A stretch of DNA of 64,000 nt from Vicugna vicugna (taxonomy: Eukaryota): assembly GCA_013265495.1 (NCBI GenBank), contig MU058636.1:5367741-5431740 (forward strand), read 5' to 3'. Below the pieces are notes generated by a model that did no database searches, was not told the origin of the DNA, and was given only the letters and a program-made list of their open reading frames with translations. Shown here in pieces: positions 51,896 through 64,000 of the stretch (the first letter of the stretch is position 1; the number at the start of each line of letters is the position of its first letter). A program made the translations under genes and the position numbers.

Positions 51896-54535
51896 AATGA
51901 ACAAACAAGAAAGCTACTAGCTTAACCCAATGAAACCTAGGGGATTATTTGGTCAAAAGTATGGTACCAGGGAGGCCAGCCAGACCAAAGAATGCCTGTG
52001 CTTTTCTGGATGGGTCCCTTGCCAGATCTGTCCCTCACGTTCCTCTCCAATAGTTTTACACCCTGGGAAGTATGGTAGAATAGGTGGATGAAAGGGTAAT
52101 GACACAAACTCAGAAGTGAAAAGATTAATCAAGTAGAATTCAGTTCCTTGACTGGCTGCAGCAGGTGCCAGACTACCCCTCTAGCATGCACACAGCTATC
52201 TGGAGTATGCCTGCCTCTTTTTTTTTTTTTTTACCCCATTTTAAGCAGAAAATAAATACCACCTTCTACGACTGAGTTTCTCTGACTTGTGGTGATGGAA
52301 GTGTCATACTTTCAGTGTCGGCTACTGAGTTGCTTAGGTGCACGTGCGCTCGGAGCATAAGCAAGCAGCAACTTGTAGGAGTCTGCAGGGGTCCTGCAGA
52401 CAGGCCAGGCAGGAGCAGATGTGCACAACGAGGGCTCTGTGACTTCCCAGAGTCTCTGAGGTCACAGAACCCATTTTCAAGTTGCAACTTGTGGTTCTCA
52501 GGTTCTCAGGATGCTACGTGTGCCTCCAACACAATTTCAGTAGCAGACCTTCCAGGTAATGTTGAAAACCAAACAAACCCAAGTTTATGTTGTGCTCTAA
52601 AAACAAACTCTCCACAGACCCCTTTTCTTGCATTTAATATTCTTCAACAGGTAAAATTATCACATAACTTCTATCATATAATGTCATGTAATTCATGTAT
52701 TTAATTCCTTTTCTTTTTCTGGGGAAAAATGCTACTTTTCATTACAAAATTATAAATTTTCACTTTGATGTTAGTGTTGTTGAAAATGGGAAGTTTCGTG
52801 AAGCCATTATGTTTTCACATGAAGGCAACCTACCACCCCCATCTCTGATACATTCTTATTTTGAAGCAATTCAAAGTAATTGGCTCTGCTACTTGGATTA
52901 CTGACCCCAATGTTTTAAACTTTCTTTATCTAAAAAGATTACATAAGAAAAGCCTGCCAGCACATCTGCAGCAGGAGGGCTCTGAAAGAACCCGAGAAGC
53001 AATGACAGCTGAACATGGAATTCAAACGATAAGAACTTAATTCCACATCAGGTACAGTTTAAAAATGTCAGCACTGCCTCATCTAGGTGATGCTCCACTG
53101 TACATGTAGGATTTCTATTCCAATACTTGTAAACTTCCAAAAGTTATAAACTTCTGGTTTACATTATCTAGGAAAAAAAGAGAGAAATAGGGGGAACAAA
53201 TCTTGTCAGCAGAAAGTCGACCGTGCATTGGGAAGTCGTATTGAAAACAGAAAAAATTAATGTGGTGCAAAAATAACCGTTCACGACTGTGGGCTCAGAA
53301 GGATACCAGCAACTGAGAAAAACAAACAAGCAAACAAACAAAGGAATCTCCATTACATCAACAGCTTTCCTGCAAGTCTGAGGCTCTCCAGAGCTGGCTT
53401 GTGGTTTCTGTTGCCAAGGAATGGAATCTTCTTTGGCACTCTCGTGCTAGGGAAGGTATGTGAAGTTCTGGCATTCAGAAGCTGAGACTGGAGAAAGTTA
53501 ACAGGGGGGCAGATGCCAGTTTCATGCCAACTGAAGACAATTCTGCAAGAAGGGGTTTGCCTCTTGGAAACTGGCACCAGTAGGCTTCAAGGCTGTCTAC
53601 CCTAAGTCCGTGCTTATCTTTTCCTTTCACTCCTACCCATAACGAACCCTTGACCTTATTATACTGGTTTACATTTTCAATGGTGTTATCTTTAATTCTG
53701 GGCAGAGAAATCCTGGACTCCTGTGTATAACCCTTAGCACAAAGGCCCTCTTTAATTATGATGCTAATGGCAACAACAATGAAGCTGCAGTTTGGAGGAA
53801 CAAAGCCCCTGGGCCCATGGCTGGTCTGGCCGAGCCCCTTCTAAACTGGATTTCTTCCACTGTTCTGAAGATTATGTCACCTGCTGTTGCCTCGCTCAAT
53901 TTGGATATAGCCTAGAGTTTTGACTTTTATTCAGGGTTATTATCAAAATTGGATTATGCAGTTTTTTGATGCATATGCATTTTAATGCAATGAACTTTTG
54001 AAAAAAACTGATCTCTTTTAAAGTTCACTTTGAAATTTCAGAACAAAAGCAGACCTAAAGTAGATTCTGAGATTATCATGACCATCATCATTTCACAACC
54101 TTGCAAACCAAAAACACATTCCTCACTTTTTTGCTCATATCTGACTGCTTTCTAACAAGAGCTCGACACGATTTAATTGAAAACAACTTCAAAACCAAAC
54201 TTACAGGCATACTTATCTAAAAGGCTCAGGCATCCTAAGATCCCGAACTGGTTTCTCATTTTGCTGTGACGCGTGGGTGGCCATGAGCATTCCTGGCAGC
54301 TATAAGGCATTTGATAATGTATTTGGCTTTTAAAGTTGCTAATCATACTTATCAACACAGGCAAGCGGTACTGGCCACAAAAGATTAGCTACTCTACTCT
54401 AATGCTCCCAATAATCCCAACACGGGAACGCCAGCACTGAGTGATAGCTGCCTCAGCCAGCTCTGACCTTCAGTGACTTCAGAACTTATCAAAACCCTTA
54501 GCTTTTAATAAATCCCCAGATTTTCTTTTCTATCA

Positions 54536-54539
<4 letters not shown>

Positions 54540-54568
<29 letters not shown>
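54540..54568. repeat. (AC)n microsatellite
   Basis: About 14 perfect units. Confidence 0.95.
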
Positions 54569-54569
<1 letters not shown>

Positions 54570-56114
54570 CTTCCCTTCTCGTCTAATGGTAGCTAAGACC
54601 AAACATTTGCAGTGCTGTATACTGAATTTTTTTAAAAAAATAGGATGTGTTTTAAAATACCACACATATTGTGAGTTTTAAGGTGGCTTTCACTGTTAAG
54701 AGATTCAGGTGCTAATGATCTACGAAAAAATGTGTACAGCAATCGGGAAAGAGGATGGTTTCCAGGGAAACTAAACCTTGTTTCAATCCTTTGGAAGCAT
54801 TATATTCTAACTACAGTTTTTCTCCTAAGACACGCAAAACATTGTTTATTTAGAGAATAAGAAAATGCTTCACTCAACTCAGAAGTGAGTGCATCAGAGA
54901 ACGCAGGACTAGCACGGTATGGGGGAAAACCTGGGCACCTAGAGCTGAGCCAGCTAGTCTCTGATTGGTGGAATCCTGCTGTCACTTAAGGACTCTTCCT
55001 TCAAAGAGCACATGCTTCATCAGCTGGCATATTTGTGCTCAAGTGCTCAAGCTGGAAGGATGGCCTTCGTCCTTCCTGGCCCATCTTCATACCACAAGAT
55101 TAATATCAGCTTAACTTCTACCAAACCAAACCAAACCAGTAAAGGTTCATCTCCTATTTCAACCCTCAGCCAACTCTCTACACAGTAACCTCTAGTTAAC
55201 CTCTGACCATTCACTTTGTAATATATCAGGATTTTTTTTTTAAATATACCAAACCTGGTGACACTCTGTTCTGACCATGGAAAAGTCACAGTTGGGAGCC
55301 ATTATACTTGGACATAATAATCATCATATTTGAGGTGAGTTTCATCAATTGGGGATGCGGCTACTTCATGGGTTAGATACAACTGGAAAACTATAGGAAT
55401 GGAAGGCTACACGAAATAGAGAAATCTCACTTTCTAGGGATCTTCAAAGGCATGTAGAGTATCATTTTCCTAAAGTCTTTATTAATGCAGGCTAATCTAA
55501 AAACAGAGATGGAACCAGATAGCTTCTTGGGATGAAGAACGTGGTTGGTAGTATTTGACTATATTCTATCCATCATTGCCCACAGGATGTGAGGTTTGAA
55601 AAGACCAAACCCCATCTCCCCAGCTCACTGTTTTTGGTGACATGTGCAAAGTACTGACAGAGCATTAGGGGAGGGGAGGGGAGAGGAGGGCCAACTGGAG
55701 ACTCCCCACTCTCAGGACTTCAGAGCCTCCTCCTTCCTATCGACATGGCCCCCTCACATGCCCTCTCCAGCCAGCTTGCTCCTGCTACATGTGCCACTTG
55801 TCAGACTGGGCTATGGGGAGGGGGGACAAGACCACCTATTCTCTGGACAGGAAGCCAGTGTGGCTGCTGAGAGGGTATGGTGATACTTGTGAGGGGTGGT
55901 GGGCCACAGAGCCATCCAAGTCACAGAGAACCTGTTTTTCCACTTGCCGTTGTGCTGGGTGACTGCATGGTCATTGAATGGCTCTTCCAAAACAAGAAGA
56001 TTCAAGAGGAAACCTCAGAGAGAGAGAGCGAGAGAGAGAGAGCAGTGCAGCCCCTGCTGGGAGGAATGCTGCTGAGCCCAAAATAAGAAACACTTTCATT
56101 AAAAATGTTTTCAC

Positions 56115-57190
56115 AAATTTATAAGCTTTTGCACAGCAAAGGAAACCATAAACAAAATGAAAAGACAGCATACAAATTGGGAGAAAATATTTGCAAATGA
56201 TGTGATCAATAAGGGCTTAATTTCCAAAATAAACAATCAGCTTAAACAACTCAATAAAACAAACAAACAAAAAACAAATAGCCCAATAAAAAAAAATGAA
56301 CAGAAGACTTAAACAGACATTTCTCTAAAGAATACATCCAGATGGTCAACAGGCACATGAAAAGATGCTCAAAATCAAAACCACAATGAGGTATCTCCTC
56401 ACACTAGTCAGAATGGCCAACATTAAAATGTTTACAAATAATAAATGCTGGAGAGGGTGTGGAGAAAAGGGAACCCTCCTACACTGTTGGTGGAATATAA
56501 ATTGGTGCAGCCACTATGGAGAATAGTGTGGAGGTTCCTTAAAAAACTAAAAATAGGCTTTCCATATGATCCAGCAATCCCCCTCCTGGGCATATATCTG
56601 GAGGAAACTCTAACTTGAAAAGATACCTGCACCCCAGTGTTCATAGCAGCACTTTTTACAATAGCCAAGACATAGAAGCAATCTAAATGTCCATTGACGA
56701 TGAGTGGATAAAGACGATGTGGTATATATACACAATGGAATACTACTTAGCTGTAAACAAGAATAAAATAATGACATTTGCAGCAACTAAGTGAGGTAAG
56801 TCAGACAGAGAAAGATAAATATCATATGATACCACTTATATGTGGAATCAAAAAAATATTACAAATGAACTCATTTACAAAACAGAAACAGACTCACAGA
56901 CATAGAAAACAATCTTATGGTTACCAAAAGGGGAATGGGGCAGGGAAAAATGAGGAGAACAGGATTAACAGATAAACACTACTACAGATAAAAAAAACAG
57001 ATAAACAACAAGGATTTACTGTATAGCACAGGGAACTATAGTCAATATCTTGTAATAACCTATAATGGAAAAGAATCTGAAAAAGAATATATATACACAT
57101 ATATGTATAAATAAAACACTTTGCTGTACACCTGAAACTAGCACAATATTATAAACCACCTATATTTCAATTAAAAAATCTCAAAATAAA
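56115..57190 (+). mobile_element. 5'-truncated artiodactyl-type L1 (ORF2 C-terminus plus 3' UTR)
   Basis: ataagcttttgcacagcaaaggaaacc...tgctggagagggtgtggagaaaagggaaccctcctacactgttggtgg...gatccagcaatccccctcctgggcatatatc...tttactgtatagcacagggaactata...ctttgctgtacacctgaaacta. Apparent small internal deletions near 56370 and 56787 relative to the consensus I recall. Confidence 0.95.
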
Positions 57191-57354
57191 GCTTAATATT
57201 AATTTTTAAAATGCAGCTTTATTGAAAAATTACTAGCCAAGGAACTACACGGGGGCCAAAGATCAACAAGACACAGTTCTTTCCATTTGGAAGCTCTCAG
57301 GCTAGCAAGGCAGGTAAATCAAAGAAGTGATTATGTCTAAAAAGAAAGACAAAG

Positions 57355-57565
57355 GATACTAACATTTACTGAGTGACTACTTAAAGGCAAATCTTGGAGC
57401 AGGCTATATTATACACACATGACTTCATTGTATGCCCATTTTACAGATGAGGAAACAAGCTCAGATTTAAGTGATGCCAAAGGTTGCACAGAAATCACCA
57501 ACTCTATTCATATCTAGTTCTCTCTCCAAAACATGTAATTACAAAACTCATGCTATTCCTACACT
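57355..57565 (-). mobile_element. MIR SINE
   Basis: aacatttactgagtgactac...cccattttacagatgaggaaacaagctcag. Confidence 0.7.
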
Positions 57566-60500
57566 GTGATGCCTGTTTCACTCTACTTGTCTGACTCACA
57601 GCAACCTGCTTATCCTCGCTGCTAAGTTAAATACTGTAAGAAATGCTGCCAACGCCTCATCACAGCAGGGGTACTATATAAACTCAAGTTGGCATTATTG
57701 TAACATATCTACTTATCTTTCATTCAGTTGCCTGTGAAGAGCAGACAGCAATTTTTTCTATCTGACCATATATCTGACCAATCTCAGCTTTGAGATTTTG
57801 ATATTAAAAAGACAGAGAAGGACCCTTGGTGATAAATACATAGTAGGTCACATCATTCTATGCTTGGTTGTGCTGAGCAATACGGCAGTGAGAAAACTGA
57901 GAATACCTGTGAGAAGAGTTCTTTAAAAAGAAAACCTTAAGGTAAACCTAGAACTTGAAGGACTCTAAAAATAAAAGTACTGGAAATACAGAGAGTAGAT
58001 TCCTTTCTTAATTTTGAAAATACAACACATATATTTATCAGACTTATTGTATACAGAGTACTATGTTCAGTGAGGGGCTGGATATAAAAATAATTAAAAG
58101 AAACTTCAAAATAACTTTCCACGGAATGAGGGAGATAATCACCATGGGTACATCATGGTTCAGGGGGGTGACTGCAGAGTAGGGAAGCGGGGAAGAGGCT
58201 AGGATGAAAATGAACAGCTGCAAGGTTCCAGGTTGAAATACCGATGGGCAGAGGGACCACTTTAAAATACGTTCCTGTGGCACCTTAGCAAAAAGTCACA
58301 ATCAGTCCCGCATCCCTGCTTTAACTGTTTTCCTCCAGAGCATCTTCAATTTCCTCCATGACATTTGCTCATTTTCTTGGCCTCAAGTCCACCTCTCCTC
58401 TGAATAAAAGCTTCCCGGGCCAGGGATTTTCTTCTGTTTTGCACACTGACACATCTTCAGTAGCTAAAGCAGTGCCTAGTACATAGGCTCTCAGATGTAA
58501 ACCAAATGAATGAATGGGCCACATATTGACGAACACACATGAAAACTGGATGACGAAGTTAATTTAATGGATAGCAAACTTTTTAAAATAATAAAATAAT
58601 GAGTTTTCTCAGGGTCATGAAACATATCCATCTGATATTCAGGGGGAAAAAATCTGTAATTTTTTTTTATTATTTTAAGTTCCAGACCGTGAGTATTAGT
58701 TGGTTCTAGAAAATGAGTATTAGTCACAAGGGTGAAGATGATCTCTTATAAAAATTAATGTATTTAATATACAATATCTCTAGAAAACAGATGACTGAAA
58801 GCTACCCATGTTCTGATTCCAACAGAAACAGCACTTCTGTGAGCACTCATCACTCTTATCTGCATGTGGGATGTCCTCCCACCAAACTGTGAACTCCTTG
58901 AGAGCAGCTTTATTCATTTTTTATTTTCTTGCATCATCTCAAATGTGTTTGATGCTAGAAGGCATTCATTAGGTTCATTTGAATTAATTCCTATTATAAA
59001 TTACATAAATGACAAATTATGCTTAATTTAAAAAACTTACAAGCATTTATAAATGAGGCTATTATATAATTAGCAGATATAGAACATTTCCAGAAGTACT
59101 TTCTGCTGCCTTTCCCCAGAGCATATTTAATGTCCATTTCTATTGGGTTTCGCTTTCTTTTTCTTCATAGTTCTCTACGGTAGGGATGAAGAGGGAATAA
59201 GATAAATGTGCCAGCTATATATCATACATATGGTAAAGCCTTAAAAATTCTCAGCCATTTGAGATTTTAGCAACCAGCAAAATGTTCCAAGATTCCTCTT
59301 TGGTAATGAATAATACCACAGAGAGAAGGCATCAGTAACCTGAAGAAATGGGGCCCAAGTCTAACTTCTATAATTCTTATTTGTTCCCAAGTTGACTCTT
59401 AAGATTGAATTAATTTTATGTTGATCACTGGTCTGTGTAGAGCACTGATAAATGATTGGTAAATACAATGACTTTTAAAGAGAAAGAAGGGTTAGGAATC
59501 AATTTTCTATTTTGGGATTATTACAGAATTTCATTTTGGAAAACAGACCACAGGTTAATTTAGTTAAGATCTGATAGGCAACTAGAAAACTTTGGTGGAA
59601 GTCATCCAACTTGTCCCAGATTACTCAGCTTTTACTGGCAGTTCTGAGAGTCTGGAGAAAGATGTTAAAAGAGTTATCTGAGGACAGTGCAGACAGTGCA
59701 CTGCGGGGTTGATACACAGATTTAACCTTGGTTCTTTAAGGACAGTGTTTTTTTTTGTTGTTGCTTTGCTTATGGGCCTTTTCCATATTATTGATGCAGT
59801 CACATAACTGAATTTTGGATAAGTGAAGTATCATTGTATTATGAATTTAGAGATATTAAACACCTAGCATTTTCATTTCCTCAAGCATAAGTATCTTTGA
59901 TTTATTTTTACTGTTTTATAAGATACTGCCTTGTGTTCTTCTCTTAAATCTTTTCCTTAATTGAAGTAAAATCCCTTCATATCAGTATGTGTCTTCCTTC
60001 TAGACTCATTTTGTCAAGATAATTTATATTTGCAAATATTTAGATCTGCAGTTTAGTCTTATTTCTTCCTTTTATCTTTCTATGACTAATGGTAATGTTT
60101 GATTACAAATTTAGAAAACGACATAACTAAAGAAACACTTGCTCCCCATCACCTGTCCAAGTTCCAAACAACTTACTCTTAGAGATAAATTTTACTTGTG
60201 TTCTTTTGTTCTTTTAAAAATAAATCGTTCTTTCAACCTAACTAATCACTCCAATTCCTTCACTTTTGCCTCATAAAAGTACAGAAAGTCTTTAGTAAAA
60301 GGCCACTGCTAGGCTGTTGCCAAAAGTGTTAGGATATCTGGACAGTAGTTTTCAAATTTAATTCCATCATCCAATTAAAAGAATTTAGTAAACAATTGGG
60401 CAGTATGTGTAAATGTAATATTCAGTCCAATTCAGGCAATGTTTAGAGAAAAAATCGTTTAATGTGACTCATACTATAAAACATACTACCTTTCAGCCAA

Positions 60501-62578
60501 TTAAAAATAGTAATTCCTAATCATTTTTAGGCTTTCAAGAATCTTTCCAAAGCTCTCCCCACTTAAATACATGGCATGTATATATACATTTTTTCTTATA
60601 ATTTAAGTTTTAAAGAGATAAGAGGTCACTAGATTAAGAAACCCAGACCCAAAGAATATTAAACCAAAACAAAGTTGGCTTTTTCAGCAAAGAAAACTCC
60701 ATTTCACTTTAATAGTCCCACACAATGCCTTGGTGACCACTTGCTTTTAGTCAATGTCACCCACAACCTGTAAGATTTGCTCAAGCCTCTGATGTGAAGT
60801 CCCAAGTGGCCCCTCAGCAGATAGCTACCCGTAAAGTCATCCTCTTTAAAGTTCCATCCCCAGCCCTTTCTGCCCTAGTTCAAGGTCTGTCTTGCAGTGA
60901 TGGACTCATAATCTCACTGTCCTCATACATAGCTCAAAATATGATCCTAGGGCTTTCAACTCTATACAGACTTAAACATAGGGCTAATTTGTTCCAGAAC
61001 TACATTCCATGTCAGTATCTTAAAAATATTTTGCAAGTTTAATCCAAAAGGCAGAATGGAAGCCCCTTTGGGACGCAATGAAGCTAGCCTAATTCTTAGG
61101 GAGACGAGACAGTCATGACTGTATATTAGGAGCTGGGGATTCCATTCCCCAAAACAACTCTCTCACCAGCTTAGTTGCTTGATGTAGGGCAAAGCATTTC
61201 ATTTAAATTCAAGATAAGGTTTACATTATTCAGGGCCTTAAAATCGCTTTACATTGGAGATGACTGTGGAGAGGCAGCAAGAAGGGAGGTCAGGTGCAGG
61301 ATGCAAACAGAGATACAAATGACAAAATGCGGCATACTTCCCGAACCCCCAGTTTTACCCAGGACAAGCACCACAAGGAACAGCTAACGATTCAACAGTC
61401 TTTACCAAGTGCCACAAGCTGTGCTGGGACTACAGCTAGAGTGACGATGAGAAACCTGCAAAATACACTATTAACTGCCCAGGAGCAGAAACGGATCCTT
61501 TACAAGTTAACTTAAGATAACAAATTGAATGCGTGATGGAACACAGCTCAGGTAATAAAACTGAACACCACAGAGAAGTTTTTTTTTTTTTTAATTCTGT
61601 TAGGTGTGGGTGGGGAGGGGAGTTATAAATAGAAGATAGATTTGACTTGGGTTTGTAAGGATCTGAAGAATCTCGCCAGGTGGGGACGTGGTAGAAGGGA
61701 AGAGTTATCTTAGGTGAAGGGAACGTGAGAGAGAGGCCGCCCTGCATGAAGCGAATGCGGAGCGCCCACGGAAAATCACTGAAGGCTGGAGAGAACCCTG
61801 GGGGATTTTGGTCTTTGGAGAAGGCTGGGGTTGCCTCTGGACAACATTACTTCCCAGGTCTTTATAGAGACATATATTTCCAACTCTTTTGAAATGAAAC
61901 ATTTAAATGATGAAACTATTAAAATACCAGAGATTTCAAATTCTTGATAAAAATTATTGCTAAAAAAGGAACTAAGAGTATAGTTGATTTACAGTTATTA
62001 TTTGACACTAAAATTCAGCTGCTATTATAAAAGAGAGACTAAATGGATAAAGAAACTCATTCCAGTTGACATCAGGCAACAATGGACAACTTGATAATTG
62101 CCTGTGGTTAAATCAACCAAGAGTTTGATTTCACCATTGTTCTTATCTTCCACACCTTCAAACACACTATTACACTATGAAATTAAACATCCGATGAAAA
62201 ACACGTTTGGGGATTGCCTCATGCCTGTAGGTCACACATTTGAATACACGACTTCTGCAGTTCCATGACATGTCCACTAGAGGCCTGCGAAGAGCTTCTT
62301 TCCCCCACCAGTCTCAGAACCAAAAAAGGCCAAAATGGACACATTTACTGATCAAATATCAAATTGATTGCAAAGATCGAGTTGATAGATAACCTCACAA
62401 TGAGCACCTTAATTGTGAATAAAATAAACAAAATATAACCCTCTTTCAAAACTCCAGGATCCTGAATTATGAAACTTACAAAACTCCTCATTCATAACTG
62501 GAAACACTAAGTTAAAAGAGGTAGGGTGTGGAAGGCTCTGGCCACCGTTCCAGAAGGCCACCAGGCTCTGGTCGGCTT

Positions 62579-62594
62579 CGACAAGGTGGCAGCA
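62579..62594 (+). promoter_or_regulatory. CTCF-like core motif
   Basis: CGACAAGGTGGCAGCA against the consensus CCASYAGRKGGCRSY. Motif match only. Confidence 0.5.
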
Positions 62595-63089
62595 TGCACC
62601 GAGTGGCAAAGCAGTGGTTAGAACAACCACCAGTGTCCTGTAGGGGCCTCAGGGGAAAGGGGGCTTCCAGAGCTTCAAGCGCACATCACAGAGGAAAGGC
62701 ACGCGAGAGGCAGAGGGGAGGTCCTGGGTGGGAAAGCGGGAGAGCGTCTGGGGAAGTAAACAAAGTCATAATTGAAGACAGCTGGGCCAGGCAGGAGCTT
62801 CCTACGCAGCAAACAGGGCAAGACAGATGAGCAATGGTGAGAACTCTGAGAGACACAGAGTGAAAGAGAGCCTCGGTTTTGGGGTGAGAGGGTGACTTCA
62901 AGCGAAACACAAAGCACGTGCAGTAGGAGAAGCTGGCAGCAGGGCTGAGCGCGCGCGGCCAGCGACTGGGCGAGCCGAGATGCCTCCATTCACTCTCTCC
63001 TCAAACTCAAAACAGGGCTTCACGTCACATGTCAAAAGACACAAACAAAAACCCATCACAATGCACGTCAACCACACCACACACACGTG

Positions 63090-63091
<2 letters not shown>

Positions 63092-63121
<30 letters not shown>
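63092..63121. repeat. (CA)n microsatellite
   Basis: About 15 perfect CA units. Confidence 0.95.
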
Positions 63122-63122
<1 letters not shown>

Positions 63123-64000
63123 CTTCTATGTACAGAAATGGCCTGTTTTTCACTAGGTCTGGTTAATTAGCAATCAGAAAAGAGTTGTACAGGGTTTGAA
63201 GAAAGAAGCCTTTGTTTGGAAAAACCTGTGAAAATACTCCCTCGGCAGCTTGTAACTTTCCCTGCAGATCACCCTGGTCCCGTGGACAGGCCCAGGTGCC
63301 AGAGGCCTCTCTGATCCCACACAGAGCTCACATTCAAAGGCAGCGCTCTTTGTTGTCCCCGAGGAGTTAAGCCCTAATGGCTTTACAATCTGCAGGCTTT
63401 TCTGGAGAGCGGCCTGGCGGTTGTCACCGGCTGCCAGAAACAGAGCAGGGACAAGGCTTGGTGAATCCCACAGCTGTTGTGGTTGCTCCGGCTGCCCTGC
63501 CCGTTGGAGGGAAGAGCAGTTGCCTGGGGCATTTCAAAGATGTGCAAAAGAACATAGGGAGACTATGAATCATGGAGGTGAAATTTGCAATTACTGTGAG
63601 CAGATGGTCAGGCCCCATGGTGGAGGAAGGACTTCGGAGCAATGGTTCCTCAGTGAAGACCATGGGAAATGGCAAGTCAGGGAGACTTCACGTTCCCAAA
63701 TAAATCCTTGGTGGGAAAAATATTCAACTATAATGTAATATCATCACCTGCTGCTAGTTAGCGTTGTACTAACTACAACGTTGTTCACAGCCCTGACTTC
63801 TAAACCTCAACAAGCACGACCTGGACAGGAATAAGCCAGCGCGTCCTACCTTCGTGAAAAAGAAAGAAAGGGATGTCACTTCTCTTAGAAATACGGTAAC
63901 GACTCATCCTAGTCCACAGGGTTTCAGAAGGTACCTGCCTGGACCCTGCCTCCAGCACTATGTCCAGCGCTTAATCCTGAAAATCTTCATCTTAAACCGA

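Larger units (their letters stand above)
1..64000 (-). other. STARD13: STARD13 (DLC2) gene body, mostly intronic. The main upstream (alpha) first exon and the downstream RhoGAP/START exons were not found and appear to lie outside the window.
   Basis: Two minus-strand exons with canonical AG/GT ends splice in frame to EIEAKEACDWLRAAGFPQYAQLYE-DSQFPINIVAVKNDHDFLEKDLVEPLYR. This is the STARD13 SAM domain as I recall it. DSQFPINIVAVKNDHDFLEKD fits STARD13 better than DLC1 or STARD8. Confidence 0.9.

Noticed and set aside
56432..56975. ORFs resembling 'hypothetical proteins'
   Set aside because: They are sense and antisense translations of L1 sequence.

Overview
Mammalian genomic DNA, almost certainly a camelid: it carries a Vic-1-like tRNA-derived SINE at about 8.9-9.0 kb. 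The whole window lies inside the 5' half of STARD13 (DLC2; SAM-RhoGAP-START), transcribed on the minus strand. Two constitutive coding exons of the SAM domain are clear (11739-11810, 72 nt; 8724-8805, 82 nt). The rest is intron filled with L1, L2, MIR, MaLR/ERVL LTR and hAT repeats. The most interesting structure is a set of alternative 5' ends. (i) An antisense-L2-derived exon (28396-28546) resembles the human STARD13-beta N-terminus. It has an open frame, an in-frame 6-nt duplication and a phase-compatible donor, but starts GTG instead of ATG. (ii) A candidate non-coding first exon with a GC box at about 45.6-45.95 kb. (iii) Weaker candidates at about 29.5 kb and 7.4-7.7 kb. Also seen: Tyr at a SAM-domain position I recall as a conserved Cys, an old ~230-bp duplication, a pair of CTCF-like motifs and a possible L1 3' transduction. 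Comparisons with human protein sequences and repeat consensus sequences are from memory, not from database searches. I found no prokaryote-type system and no novel protein-coding gene; the six-frame ORFs are otherwise noise.
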